Assembly (NCBI GenBank): GCA_028534125.1 | Contig: CM052817.1 | Coordinates: 44,456,001-44,520,000, forward strand | Reading direction: 5' to 3' | Origin: Lama glama | Lineage: Eukaryota | DNA: 64,000 bases | Shown here: piece after piece, positions 38,375-49,600 of the stretch | Layout: every line of letters starts with the position of its first letter | Position numbering within the stretch: the stretch's first letter is position 1 | The notes under the pieces: model-generated | Databases searched by the model: none | What the model was told of the DNA's origin: nothing | What the model saw: only the letters and a program-made list of their open reading frames with translations | Position numbers and translations under genes: made by a program

Positions 38375-39658
38375 TCAAATGTATTTCATACCTTGCGAAA
38401 ACTTGTAACTTAAAACCTTTCCAGGAAGGCCTGGCCTCCTTCCTGGGATCACAAGGGAAATGTAACTAGTAAAACGTTTAAGCTATCAAGTGAGTTTTTT
38501 ATTAGCCATTTGACATAGCACAGCTGAAGCAGTAGCTTGTGACATGGGACACAGGCTGACCCACTTTTCAGGGAACTCATAGTCCCATCAACAATGCATA
38601 ATCTGATCAACTGTGCACCAATAAAACATTTTTTAAAAATTATGCATAATCTAGAATACTGGGCAATTATTATTACCCATATATATTCCACCACCTAATG
38701 TTTGGAAACGAGCCACATGGTAAAGGAGGCTGCCTAGAGGTATGGAAACCAGGACATTTAAGTGCTAATCCACCCCAGTGACCCCTGCCTATAATTCAGC
38801 TGCGTGACCCCCTGTCTGAACCTTGAGGCAAATTTATGATCAGTTTCTCCTAGTTATCTTTAGCTCCTCTTTCAGTTGCCCTCTTATCAGTCCAGATGTC
38901 TCTTTGTTTTTGAAAGAGCCACCTTCCTTGTCTCAGCAACTCCTTTTTTTCTTTATCTAGCTCCAGTTATTAAACTGCTAAAACTGATCACCAGCACTGG
39001 ATATGTTCACCTCTGCTTCATACACACTGGCACCCAAGTGGCTGTGTCCTTCTTTTTAGTCACCAAATTTAACACTTAATTTATACTAGATGAGGCATTC
39101 CCCCTCCCTATCCAATTTGTATGCTGAAATCCTAACCCCACAATAAAGTATCTTTGAGTCTTAGTATAAGGAGGAGTGACCTGCTTTATTCTAGAAAACC
39201 TTTTTAATTCTAAAATAATGGTTTTATCCAGCATGAAAACCACACCCAGCTAGAAGTTCAGGGGTAGTGAAGCTGGACTCCGTGAAGCTTACTTTGCCAA
39301 TGCCCTGATTCGCTGGATAGATAAACAATGTCCCAAAATGATGGCTTATGATAGAGAATTTCCCAATGGCTACAGTGCCATTAAACATATCTCATGGGAG
39401 GTCACATAAATGTGTAATGAAGAGGCTTCTCTTCAAGGATGTGGTGCTCCTTGGCTTGGGCAATTAGTTCATTTATAATTTGAACGAACAGAAAATGCAG
39501 CACTAGCCTGCTTTTAGGTTTCCTGATGGCTTGCCAGCTACCCACCCAACTATCTTCTAAACGACAAAGGCATTACCCAGTGATGTGCACATGTGGTAGG
39601 AAGCCTGGGCCCTTTTCAAGGCCAGGAGTTCCCTGACCTCTTAGTTATTGTTGCATGG

Positions 39659-40234
39659 TGTTATAGACTGAATATTTGTGCCCCACCATCCCAATTCATA
39701 TGTTGAAATCCTAACCCCCAATATGGCTGTATTTGGAGATAGGAGCCTGTAAGAAAGGTTAAATGAGGTCATAAAGGTGAGGCCCTAATTTAAGAAGATT
39801 AGTGTCCTTATAAGAGACACCAAAGAGCTCCTTTTTCCCTTCTCTTTTGGCTGCACTTCTTAAAAAAATTTTTTTAACCTTTTTTCTTCAGTAGGGGGTA
39901 ATTAGGTTTATTTATTTGTTTTTCTTAATGTAGGTACTGGGGATTGAAACCAAGACCTCATGCATGCTAAGCGTGCACTCTACCACTGAGCTATACCCCT
40001 CACCCCTTTCTGCTGCATTTTTGCATGCACCCAGGAAAGGCCCTGTGAGGATATAGCAAGAAGGTGGCCAGCTGTAAGCCAGGCAGTGAGCTCTCACCAG
40101 AAGCCAAGCCCTGCTGGAACCTTGATCTTGATCTTGGACTTTCCAGCCTCCAGATCTGTGAGAAAATAAATTTCTATTGTTTAAGCCACCCAGGCTGTGG
40201 TATTGTGTTATGGCAGACTGAGCAGACTAATACA
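39659..40234 (+). mobile_element. MLT1A/B-like solo LTR interrupted by a SINE
   Basis: TGTTATAGACTGAAT...GTTGAAATCCTAACCCCCAA...CCAGCCTCCAGATCTGTGAGAAAATAAATTTC...AGACTAATACA. TSD catgg / gatgg. Confidence 0.88.
39861..40006 (-). mobile_element. Camelid tRNA-Ala-derived SINE (vic-1 type) nested in an MLT1 LTR
   Basis: Minus strand GGGGTATAGCTCAGTGGTAGAGTGCACGCTTAGCATGCATGAGGTCTTGGTTTCAATCCCCAGTACC plus a CCTAATTACCCCC tail. TSD-like gctgcacttct / gctgcattttt. Confidence 0.88.
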
Positions 40235-40359
40235 GATGGTTACTATAAACTGTATTAAGAAGTGAACAACCCACCAAGGTTGTAATAATTACTATCCACA
40301 GCAATCACCTAATGACTGTTACTGTGTAGTTTACAGGTCATCAAAATGCTGGATTTTAG

Positions 40360-42058
40360 AAATTAAGAAAATAACCCAGTAACAATGGCATCAAAAAGAA
40401 TAAAATACCTAGCAATAAATTTAACCAAGGAGGTGAAAGTCCTGTACACTGAAAACTATATAGACACTGATGACAGAAATTGCAGAAGACGCAAATAAAT
40501 GGTAAGATAGTCTGTACTCATGGATTGGAAGAATTAATATTGTTAAAATGTCCATATTGTTCAAAGCAATCTACAGATTCAATGCAATCCTTTCAAAATT
40601 GAATTGGCATTTTTCATAGAAATAGAACAAACAATCCTAAAATTTATATGGAACCACAAACAACCCCAAATAGACAAAGCAATCTTGAGAACAAAGCTGG
40701 AGGCATCACACTTCCTGATTTCAAACTACATTATAAATCTACTACTATAACATATAATACATGAGCTAGTATGGTATGAGCACAAACACAGACACGTTAA
40801 TCAAAGGAACAGGATGGAGGACCCAGAAATAGACCCACACATATACAGCCAATTAATTTATGAAAAAAAGCCATGAATATACAATGGGGAAAGGATAGTT
40901 TCTTTATTAAATGGCATTGGGAAAACTGGACAAGCACATGCAAAAGATTAAAGCGACCACTATCTTATACCATACACAAAAATCAACTCAAAATGGATTA
41001 AAGACTTGAACATGATGCCTGAAACCATAAAACTCCTAGAATAAAACATGGAGGGTAGGCTCCTTAACATCAGTCTTGACAATGATTTTCGGACTTGACA
41101 CTAAAAGCAGAAATAAACAAGTGGAACTACATCAAACTAAAAACTTTCTGTGCAGCAAAGAAAATCATCAACAAAGTTAAATGGCAACCTACAGAATGGG
41201 AGAACATATTTGCAAATCATGTATCCAGTAAGTGGTTAACATCCAAAATAAATAAAGAACTTATACAATTCAATAGCAAAACCCCAAACAATCCATTTTA
41301 AAAAGGGGCAGAGAAACTGAAGACGTCTTTCCAAAGAAGACATACAGATGGCCAATAGGTACATGAAAAAGTGCTCAGCATCACTAACCAGCAGGGAAAT
41401 GCAAATCAGAACCACAGTGAGGCATCACTTCACACCTGTTAGAATGGCTATTATCAAAAAGACAAGAAATAACAAGTGTTGGTGAGGATGTAGACAAAAG
41501 GGAACCCTTGGGCAGTGTTGGTGGGAATGTAAATTGATGCAGCCACTATGGAAAACAGTGTGGAGATTTCTTAAAATTTTTAACATAGAACTACCATGAG
41601 ATCCAGCAATCCCACTTCTGGGTATTAGCTGAAGGAAATAAAGACACCTACTTAAATAGATATCTGCACTTCCATGTTGATGGCAGCATTATTTACAATA
41701 GCCAAAGCATGGGAACAACCTAAGTGTCCATCAGTAGACGAATGGGTGAATGGGGTGAGCAAAATGTGTGAAGGGAGCCAAAGGTACAAACGTCCAGTTA
41801 TAAGATAAATAAGTCCTGGGGATGTCATGTACAGCATGGTGACTACAGTTACTAATACTGTATTGTATGTTTGAAAGATGCTAAGAGAATAAATCTTAGA
41901 AGTTCTCATCACAAGAAGAAACTTATAACAGTGTGTGGTGATGAATATCAAGTAAACTTACTGAGGTGATCGTTTCACAGTATATGTACAATTCAAATCA
42001 TTATGTTGTACACCTAAAACTAGCACACTGTTATACATCTATTATATCTCAAGTTTTT
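40360..42058 (+). mobile_element. 5'-truncated L1 (3' part of ORF2 plus 3' UTR; L1MA-like), decayed
   Basis: Typical L1 ORF2 sequence (AAAGAATAAAATACCTAG, CATGGATTGGAAGAATTAATATTGTTAAAATG; ORF 41095-41301 [13 protein letters not shown]...WENIFANH). TSD-like aaaatgctggattttag / aaaatgctaaatttttag. Apparent internal deletion near 41750. Confidence 0.93.
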
Positions 42059-43829
42059 AAAATGCTAAATTTTTAGCCAGGATTTATTTTAGGTCAGATG
42101 GGGAATCAGTTATGAATTAATCCTATATATACACTCCCTTTTATTGTTAGTGTTTGAATATCTTCCTGGATCATTCTATCTAATTTGAGAGAAAAGCTAG
42201 TTTATCTTTTATGACAGTATCTTAATTTATGTAGCATATTTTCCCCAAGAAGTTCAAAGGATTTTACTCAAAACTTCTCACTGGTTTTGACTGAAGCCCC
42301 AGGATCTAGACAACAGGCTGGTTCCATGGCCCCATTTTTCATTAAAAATGATTTTGCTTTCTCTTGGTATTTAATGAGAGAAGCAGCTCTTTGATTTGGG
42401 GATCTTTTTAAAATTGACTTTGTTCTTTTTTAATCCCAACTGCTCCAGGCATCATTAGCTCCTTCTCATATACGTTTCAATTTCCTTTCATTCCTTTGAG
42501 CATGGGTTCCAGTGTCCTCAAAGCAGCACCTTTTAATTGGCCTGGAAAAGGTCACCTCTTTAAAAAGAGGAAACCATATCATACATTTTACAGAGTCAAT
42601 GTGGGTTTTTGAGATCAGGAGGGGATGGGGCAGGGGGTGGATTCAGCCCTCAGAAAATGTTTAGGTGGCATGTGATTACCTCCTAAACATTTTCAACAGA
42701 ATGTTCCACAAAATTACATATACCCACGCATATCCACACAATTCCTGCTATAATCAGTTGGCCTTTAGTTAGAATTCATTTGTCTTTAAGATTTTGTCCT
42801 TTTATAATTTAGTCAATAGCTGAGGGGCAGTGTTAATTCTGCCAGTGGTTTCCTGATATGTAAAAACCTTCGGTGACACTCTCCTATACAGATGCCCCAA
42901 TCATGCTTTTTAGAAAAATGATACAAGGGCATCTAATGTATTCTCCCACCTTTGGGTACCCGCCACCACATGTTGTCTTGTATATTATAGCAGTAATTTC
43001 TCCAAAGACATCTAAAGTGTAATCAAATCTTACATATACATGGACACAGTTTAAAATCAAAGAAAGCTTTCTGAGGGAAACCTACTCCATTACTTTACTT
43101 TCTTCTAGTGTTACAAAAACTAATCTGGATCTGGAGTGGGTACCTTAATCCTGTGGTGGAGGCGGGAAGTAGTAAACCTTTCAAGGATCTGAAAGAATTC
43201 ACAGAAACTTGACTCCATCAAGGCAGCAGTAAGGAGGGGAGGGGGAGAGCTGTTAAAAAAAAATCCTAGTCTTTAAGGGGCTAGCCATCCACTTCAAAGA
43301 ATCACTGATATAAAGAAATACTCTAAAACATTTAATCTCTTAAATTTTTAAGACACTTTTAAGAAAACTCAGTATTTGGTACTGCAGTAGTCATTACTCA
43401 GGCACTCAGGAAAAGTTAAGCATTGTTATCTCCACACAATTCCTATCCATGGATAAATATTACAACAAAAAATGGCATATCAGAAAGATGTTACAATACA
43501 CAAAATTTAAAATTCTGGGTCCACAGGTTTCTTTTCTCTATGTGATTGCTTGAAGAAAAATAAAGTGATGAAGTGATTTTTCCTTTAACAAACTTTCCAG
43601 AATAAAGTTCCTTGGTTTCCCCTTCTTTTGAATAATTGGATGAAATCCTACATTTAATGCACCTAACAGAAGTAAATTGTGAAAAAGAAAGTAAGCTACT
43701 TCAATAAAAATTAATAAAAATTTTTTAAAAAAGGTAAGTTATTGTCCTCATCAGGGCTTCCCTGAAGCACTGTGTTCCGTGTTAGATGTCACCCATGCGA
43801 GAGTGATGTGGACAATTTAGAACACAGTC

Positions 43830-44240
43830 AAGGAAAAGGGACCTTAACAGCCCAGGATGTGAGATTATGACTTGGAAATAACAGGTGAAGGAATGAAAGA
43901 CTGACTAACCCAGAAAAGAGAAGATTTAGCAGAAAAATGTAACTGTCCTCAAAAGATTGGAAGGTGATCAAGTGGAAAAAACATCCAATATCTTCTGTTT
44001 GGTCTAAGAAGGATGAAAGGATTGAAGTTAGAAGAATTAGTATAAAGAAGAACATCATTGTGATTTGAAATGATCTGAAAATGAAATAGTCTGCCTTTGT
44101 ACTTGGCGAGTTCAAGTTCCCTGATGGTGCTCAAATGGCAGCTGGTGGACTACTCTAGGAAAATGTTGTAAAACATATGAGACAAGGAACTGAACTGCTT
44201 GGATTTTTCAGTTCCCTTCTAACTCTGAAATTCTATGAAA
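43830..44240 (+). mobile_element. CR1/L3 3' end remnant
   Basis: Ends in GTTCCCTTCTAACTCTGAAATTCTATGA, which matches the CR1/L3 terminus. Upstream motifs such as GAGAAGATTTAG...AAAGATTGGAAGG are CR1-like. Confidence 0.62.
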
Positions 44241-44974
44241 ATGCCTGCTTTGGGGAGAAATCATTTGATGCAACAAAATTAAGCACCACCAAAGAATTCA
44301 AACATTAAATGGTCCCAGGGATCCAGGACATGGATTTATCATGTCTTGTCTTTGTGCAGGCTCTCACAGCACGGCACTAAGGGAGGAGTTACTTTATTCC
44401 ACGAAAAGAGGCTGTTTGTTGAACCAGTCTAGTTCACCCAGACAAAAAATAAAACAAAACAAAACAGCAAAGTCCTTTTAAGGATGTTCCACCCAGATGG
44501 CTTATCTACACTCATCTCCTTAAACTGGCTCTTTGGAAATTTCTGTGTGGGTTGTGCTGGGCAGATGGACATGGGCTTTCTGCAGCCGTCCTGTCACTGA
44601 GCTGGGATGTGGGGAAGGTTCCTCCACCCTCTCCAAAGGAACCTTCAGGAGCTGTCCCCTCATGGCCCCCATCAGCAGGGGAGATACCAAATGAGGTTCG
44701 AGCCCTGGGAGGCATTGTCTGGGACTGTTGAGAGGCAGTGGGTCAAACTCCAGACTAATGAGTGCCCTGTAGGGAGGGGATGGAGAGAGAAACAGCAGAA
44801 AGGATGGTGCTTCTTCTGACAACTCCATTTGTATGCTGGTATTTGCACAGTGTGCCATAAAGAGAAGGAGCAGAGATCATCTTAATGACTAACTTTGACT
44901 CCACAGTTGACCTCAACATGATGCTATGGGGACCACTTCCTATGTAGGTAAAAGACTTGTAAGAGAGAGAAAGA

Positions 44975-45120
44975 GACAGTGTGGTGCTAAATATACAGGC
45001 TTTGGAGTCAAAGAGCCAAGGTTCAAGTTCTGACTTTCTAATTTCTAATTTTATGACCTTGAGCAAGTGAGTTACTAAACCCCTCTAGGCCTCAGTTTCC
45101 TCATCTACAGAATGGGGCTA
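44975..45120 (+). mobile_element. MIR
   Basis: GGCTTTGGAGTCA...TGACCTTGAGCAAGT...GCCTCAGTTTCCTCATCTACAGAATGGGG. Confidence 0.78.
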
Positions 45121-45849
45121 GGAATGGTTGCTGGCCCTTCGAGAGCACTAGAGAAAGGCTAGCTTCTGTTACGGTCACAGAAACAGAGAACTGAGACCTG
45201 CTTGAGCTTGTTTCTCCTTGAGTCCTGTCCAAGACACAAAAGCAACAAAAGCAGCATTGAGGTAAGAATCTAGGTCACATCAGACCTGCAGCTCTACTGA
45301 TTGGTAAAGAACATGAACTCAGACTGGGGCGTGCTGAAAGCAAAAGCGAACTCTATACAGCTTTCAAAGGAAATAAAATAAAACTGTATATTCTGACACG
45401 GAGAGATGTCCCAAATATATTAAATGAAAAAGCATGATCACCTTTGGGAAAAAGCATTAGTATTAACATGCATGATAATATGTCAGCATTTATAAAAGAG
45501 AAGAGCTAGAAAAATTTCCACCCAACAGTGGATAAGGATTTGGGCAGGAATTAGGATTGCATGGGACATTCACTCTGTATCTGTTATTTCTGTAATATTT
45601 GGATTTTTATAAAGAATATTATTCATTTTTAAATTAGGAAAATCAATATTTAAAAAGAAAAAGCATAATACTACAGGTTTTCATTTGTACTATACACTGA
45701 TCACCTTAAACTGGAGTACGTAGTTAATAATGATGGGCGATAAACTAATGCAGGAAATGCCTCTCTACTCTTTCAAGACGATAATGAATGTTGCATTTTA
45801 GAACCTCTTTCATCATACCATCAGTCCTCCCATGAGCCTGCTGAAGTAG

Positions 45850-46095
45850 GTACAGTGGTTAACACTTTGAGCTGTGCAGCCTTACATCCTGGTTTGAATC
45901 CTGGCTCTACCTCTTATTAACCTTGGGCAAGTTTCTTAATTACTGTGCCTCAGTTAACTGACCTGTCAAATGGGGCCAATAATAGTTCTTCCAAGGGGTG
46001 TTGTGAGGATGAATTGAGATACTCTGTAAGATGCTTAGAAGAGTGACTGGCAGATAGTAAGCACTAAATAGAGAGTTTAGCCATCATTATTATAA
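45850..46095 (+). mobile_element. MIR
   Basis: TTTGAATCCTGGCTCTACC...CCTTGGGCAAGTTTCTTAA...GTGCCTCAGTT...GTTGTGAGGATGAATTGAGAT. Confidence 0.78.
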
Positions 46096-46307
46096 TCCTC
46101 ATTTAGAGGAAACTGTGGATCCAAATAATACCTTTCTCTTAAAACAAACAACCACCCCCTCTACCCCCACCTACCCCAGAATCTTGAAATTCATTCCCAC
46201 TTTCACCTAAGACCAGAATTTTATCACATGACTTGCAGGTTGTTGCTGTAACCCTCCTATGCAGGCTCCTTGCTCCCACCTATCTTGCCAGTCAATGCTG
46301 AATTCAG

Positions 46308-46600
46308 TTTTTTTTTTTAATTTAAATTAAAATTAAATTAAATTTAATTTTTTACTGAAGTATAGTTGGCTTAGAATGTTACATCAGTTTCTGGTATACA
46401 GCACAGTAATTCATATATATATGTATATACACACACACGCACACACACACACATATATATATATACATATTATATATATATGTATATATATATATATATA
46501 TACATATACACACATTCCTCTCCATATTCTTTTTTATTATAGGCACTACAAGGTATTCAGTATAGTTCTCTGTGCTATAATACATAAAACAAATATTAAC
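46308..46600 (-). mobile_element. Short L1 3'-end insertion with expanded (CA)n/(TA)n
   Basis: TTTACTGAAGTATAGTTGG...CAAGGTATTCAGTATAGTTCTCTGTGCTATA. Flanked by gaattcagtt / gaattcagct. Confidence 0.85.
46413..46513. repeat. Compound (TA)n/(CA)n microsatellite inside an L1 3' fragment
   Basis: Read directly from the sequence. Confidence 0.9.
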
Positions 46601-49600
46601 AGAATTCAGCTCTTTTGAGCTCTCCTTTTTTTTCTCTTTCTTTCTTTCTTTTTTTTTTTTTTGGTGGGAGATAGTTTCAATTTTCATTTCAGTCTTTCCC
46701 TACTCCATGAAACATTTGCCCTAAATATGCAGCAAAATGGAGTGATTCTCTTTTGTCACTTGATTGAGATCTCCTTTTCTCACAGTTTGGCTTAAATGGC
46801 TTCAGTGGTTTCCCACTGCTGAAAGTTTAAACTTCAAACACCTTCATCTGTCCCTTCATACACTGCCTTCATCCTCCCTTTCAGATATGTGACACAGTAT
46901 TTCAAACACAAACCCTCTGCTTCAGCCACACTGTTCCCCGAAAACCAGAAGAGCACCCCTGAGTCTGAGCCTTTGCCTCAGGCGACTGTTCATCCCCAAC
47001 TCTTAATCCCCTTCTCTCAAGATCGCAGTCAGTAATACTGTACTCAAGAAAGCCGCCTGACCATCCAATCCACAGTTACCTCTATTCTGGATCCTAGAGC
47101 ATCTGACATCCTGGTCCAAGCTCTCCTTTGAAGCTCAGTTATATAGTCACTGAGGTGGGTATCAGTACCCACCCATATACTGAAGTGGGTATCATATGTA
47201 AATTCAACAAGCATTTATTGATCAGGCTTTGGGAATTCAGAGATGAAGCACACGAAGCCCCTATCCTCGCTGAGCCCACGTTCTATTAGAGAAGAGAGAA
47301 AGTAAACAAATGATTGCTTGGCCACGGCTGGCCATGTGCTTTGTCAGATGCACACACCAGGTACACTGGTGGCCCAAAGACAGAAACAAAAGAATGAATC
47401 AAGGTTAATGGCTTGAAGTCTGTGGTTTATCTTTCTCCCCACCAAATTTGCCCTCTTTCTGGATGATCAAAAACACAGAGCTGGATCTGAACTATTTTAA
47501 GATCTGGTCCTACTTAAGGTCTTGCAATGACAGGTTCTGACCGGTTTCCCCTATCTGGCACCAGCCTCTCCCTGGAGTATATTTCCACCTTCTCCTCTAC
47601 TTAGTTCACCTCTATCTGCCTATTTATTTGTTTAAAATGTGAACCACCTAGTCAGGTACAGTAACCTAACTCTGCATTTGGTCTGAGGCCAATGCATTGA
47701 GGGCATTCAATAAATAATGGTACCTGGTGTGGCTTTCCTAGATCCTGGCTGCAGAGGCCTGAGAGGTGAAGCTGAGACCCTAGAAGGCAAGCCCAAGAGA
47801 CAGTGGGTGAAGGGTGGTGGCGCTCTGGAGACGCAGAGGCAAATTTGCTCTGATTGCCTGACGCAGAGATTATGCACCTGTTGGGCTGGCCGTAGTGAAA
47901 CCCACAGCATGCAAATACTACTCCACTGAGTTGATGAGGGTGTGACTGTCTTCCTGCGACGATTTTCCCAGGCTCAGTCTGGGTAAAAGTACATAAAGGC
48001 TTCCTCCTTGTGAGCACACAGGCCTGCGTTTACTTGCCTTCATTAAGGAAATTCTCCTTCCTTGTGAGTGGGTGGTTCTGGGAGGGGTGAGGCGGGAGTC
48101 TCTGCTGGAGTATAGGGGCAGTCCCAAGGGGTGAAGAGCAGGGAGAAGACAGGAAGTCCTTAAAATAAGGTTTCTTGGACAACATGTGTCCACTTACCCA
48201 TCAGTCCATCCATTCATCTTATTGATCTACCCCGGGATAGGCAGAGAGGCTACAAAGATGAATATCATCAGACCTGACTCATGGGAGATACTCAGTAAAT
48301 ATCTGTGGAATTAGTGATTTAACTATGTGCAGTGGTTTTACTTTGATTACCATTTCCTACTGGAAAACATTCTGTACTTTCTGTATGACAGATGCTGTCT
48401 AGCGTATTTCAGCCCCCAGTGAACAGAGGTATCACGGTCTGCATAAAATTGACCTTCCAGAATGTTCCCTACATTCTTGAACTTAGAGCCCAAGTTGCCT
48501 CATTTTTAACCTTGTTCTCTGCAGTGCTCCCCCAATCTCCATTTATGAATCCACTGTTTGACCCCCCGTTTGGTTTCTCTTGGCTTCTGAATGAGAATTC
48601 AAATAGAGATTGCTCTCAGGACACACTGGCAGTTTCAACTTAGCCTCTAGCCCTCTCTTCTAAGCTCCATTGTCTCAGACAGCAAGGGGCTGGAGAGAAG
48701 TCAGGGGGTTGGCTCCCAATTCTAGCTACATCACCTGGCTTGGGGGCAATTTGGCTGATTCAGCTGCATCTCCCATTCTCGGGCAGCAGAATGGCGATGA
48801 TGCCAACTGGCCCAGAGATCGAGCAAGGGCTGGTGAGCTAATGGCTGGAAGGGATGATGTATCCAAGAACAAAGCAATATTATGAGGTGAAATTTTGATT
48901 TTATGGTCCATCAATACCAAGCCTCATACTGTTTCTGGCTTTCCTGCTTCTGTGATTTTGGCACATTACTTCTAAGGAAGAGGTCTGGATAACGAGCATG
49001 ACTTGTCTTCTCAAGCACAAACTCCCATATATAGAATGGACTTGGCACAAATCAGAACACCCGGGTGGAGCTGGCTGCTAATCAAACACTGCCAGCAGGT
49101 GAGCATGAAGAGCACCTGGTTTGGAGAAGCACTTCTGATGCAGGAGAGCATTTTCTAAAGTGTCACTCAAAGCTGGATGCAATTAAAATTCAAGTTTGCA
49201 AAGAACTCACGTTACAAAATGAGAAGCTGATCTTTATGCTTAAAGATGCAGAAATTCCACAGATTACAGCTACTAAAAAGAAAGAAACCACACACACATA
49301 CACAAAGACACTGATGAATTATTTTTCCCCCTACAGAGTATACAAAACAAATTCTGTGCGCATGAACTGTGGAAGCCCCTCTAGCAGAAAACTTCCCTTT
49401 TTATCTGCTCATAATAGTTTGGCAGCTGACAAATATGTTAGCAATGTACACAAAAAAGCAGCTAAAATCCAAAACAAACACTACTTCTATAAGTGGAATA
49501 AAAGATGGCAAAATCAATGTCCAGTAAAATATGGATAACCATAATTGTTCTTATATTGTAATGTTCAAACATAAGAATAAGCAAGCAGCTGTCATTTCTA

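Noticed and set aside
39928..40000. Apparent tRNA-Ala(AGC) gene (also at 13.7, 14.7, 53.6 and 58.4 kb)
   Set aside because: CpG decay and stem mismatches, extra 5' G-rich leader, A-rich tails and TSDs identify these as SINEs.
41095..41301. ORFs with real-protein-like sequence (also 19541-19897, 26095-26298, 30531-30758)
   Set aside because: Decayed L1 ORF2 fragments with stops and frameshifts, not host genes.
49065..49538. 157-aa plus-strand ORF
   Set aside because: GTG start, passes through low-complexity A/CA tracts, no recognisable homology or exon structure.
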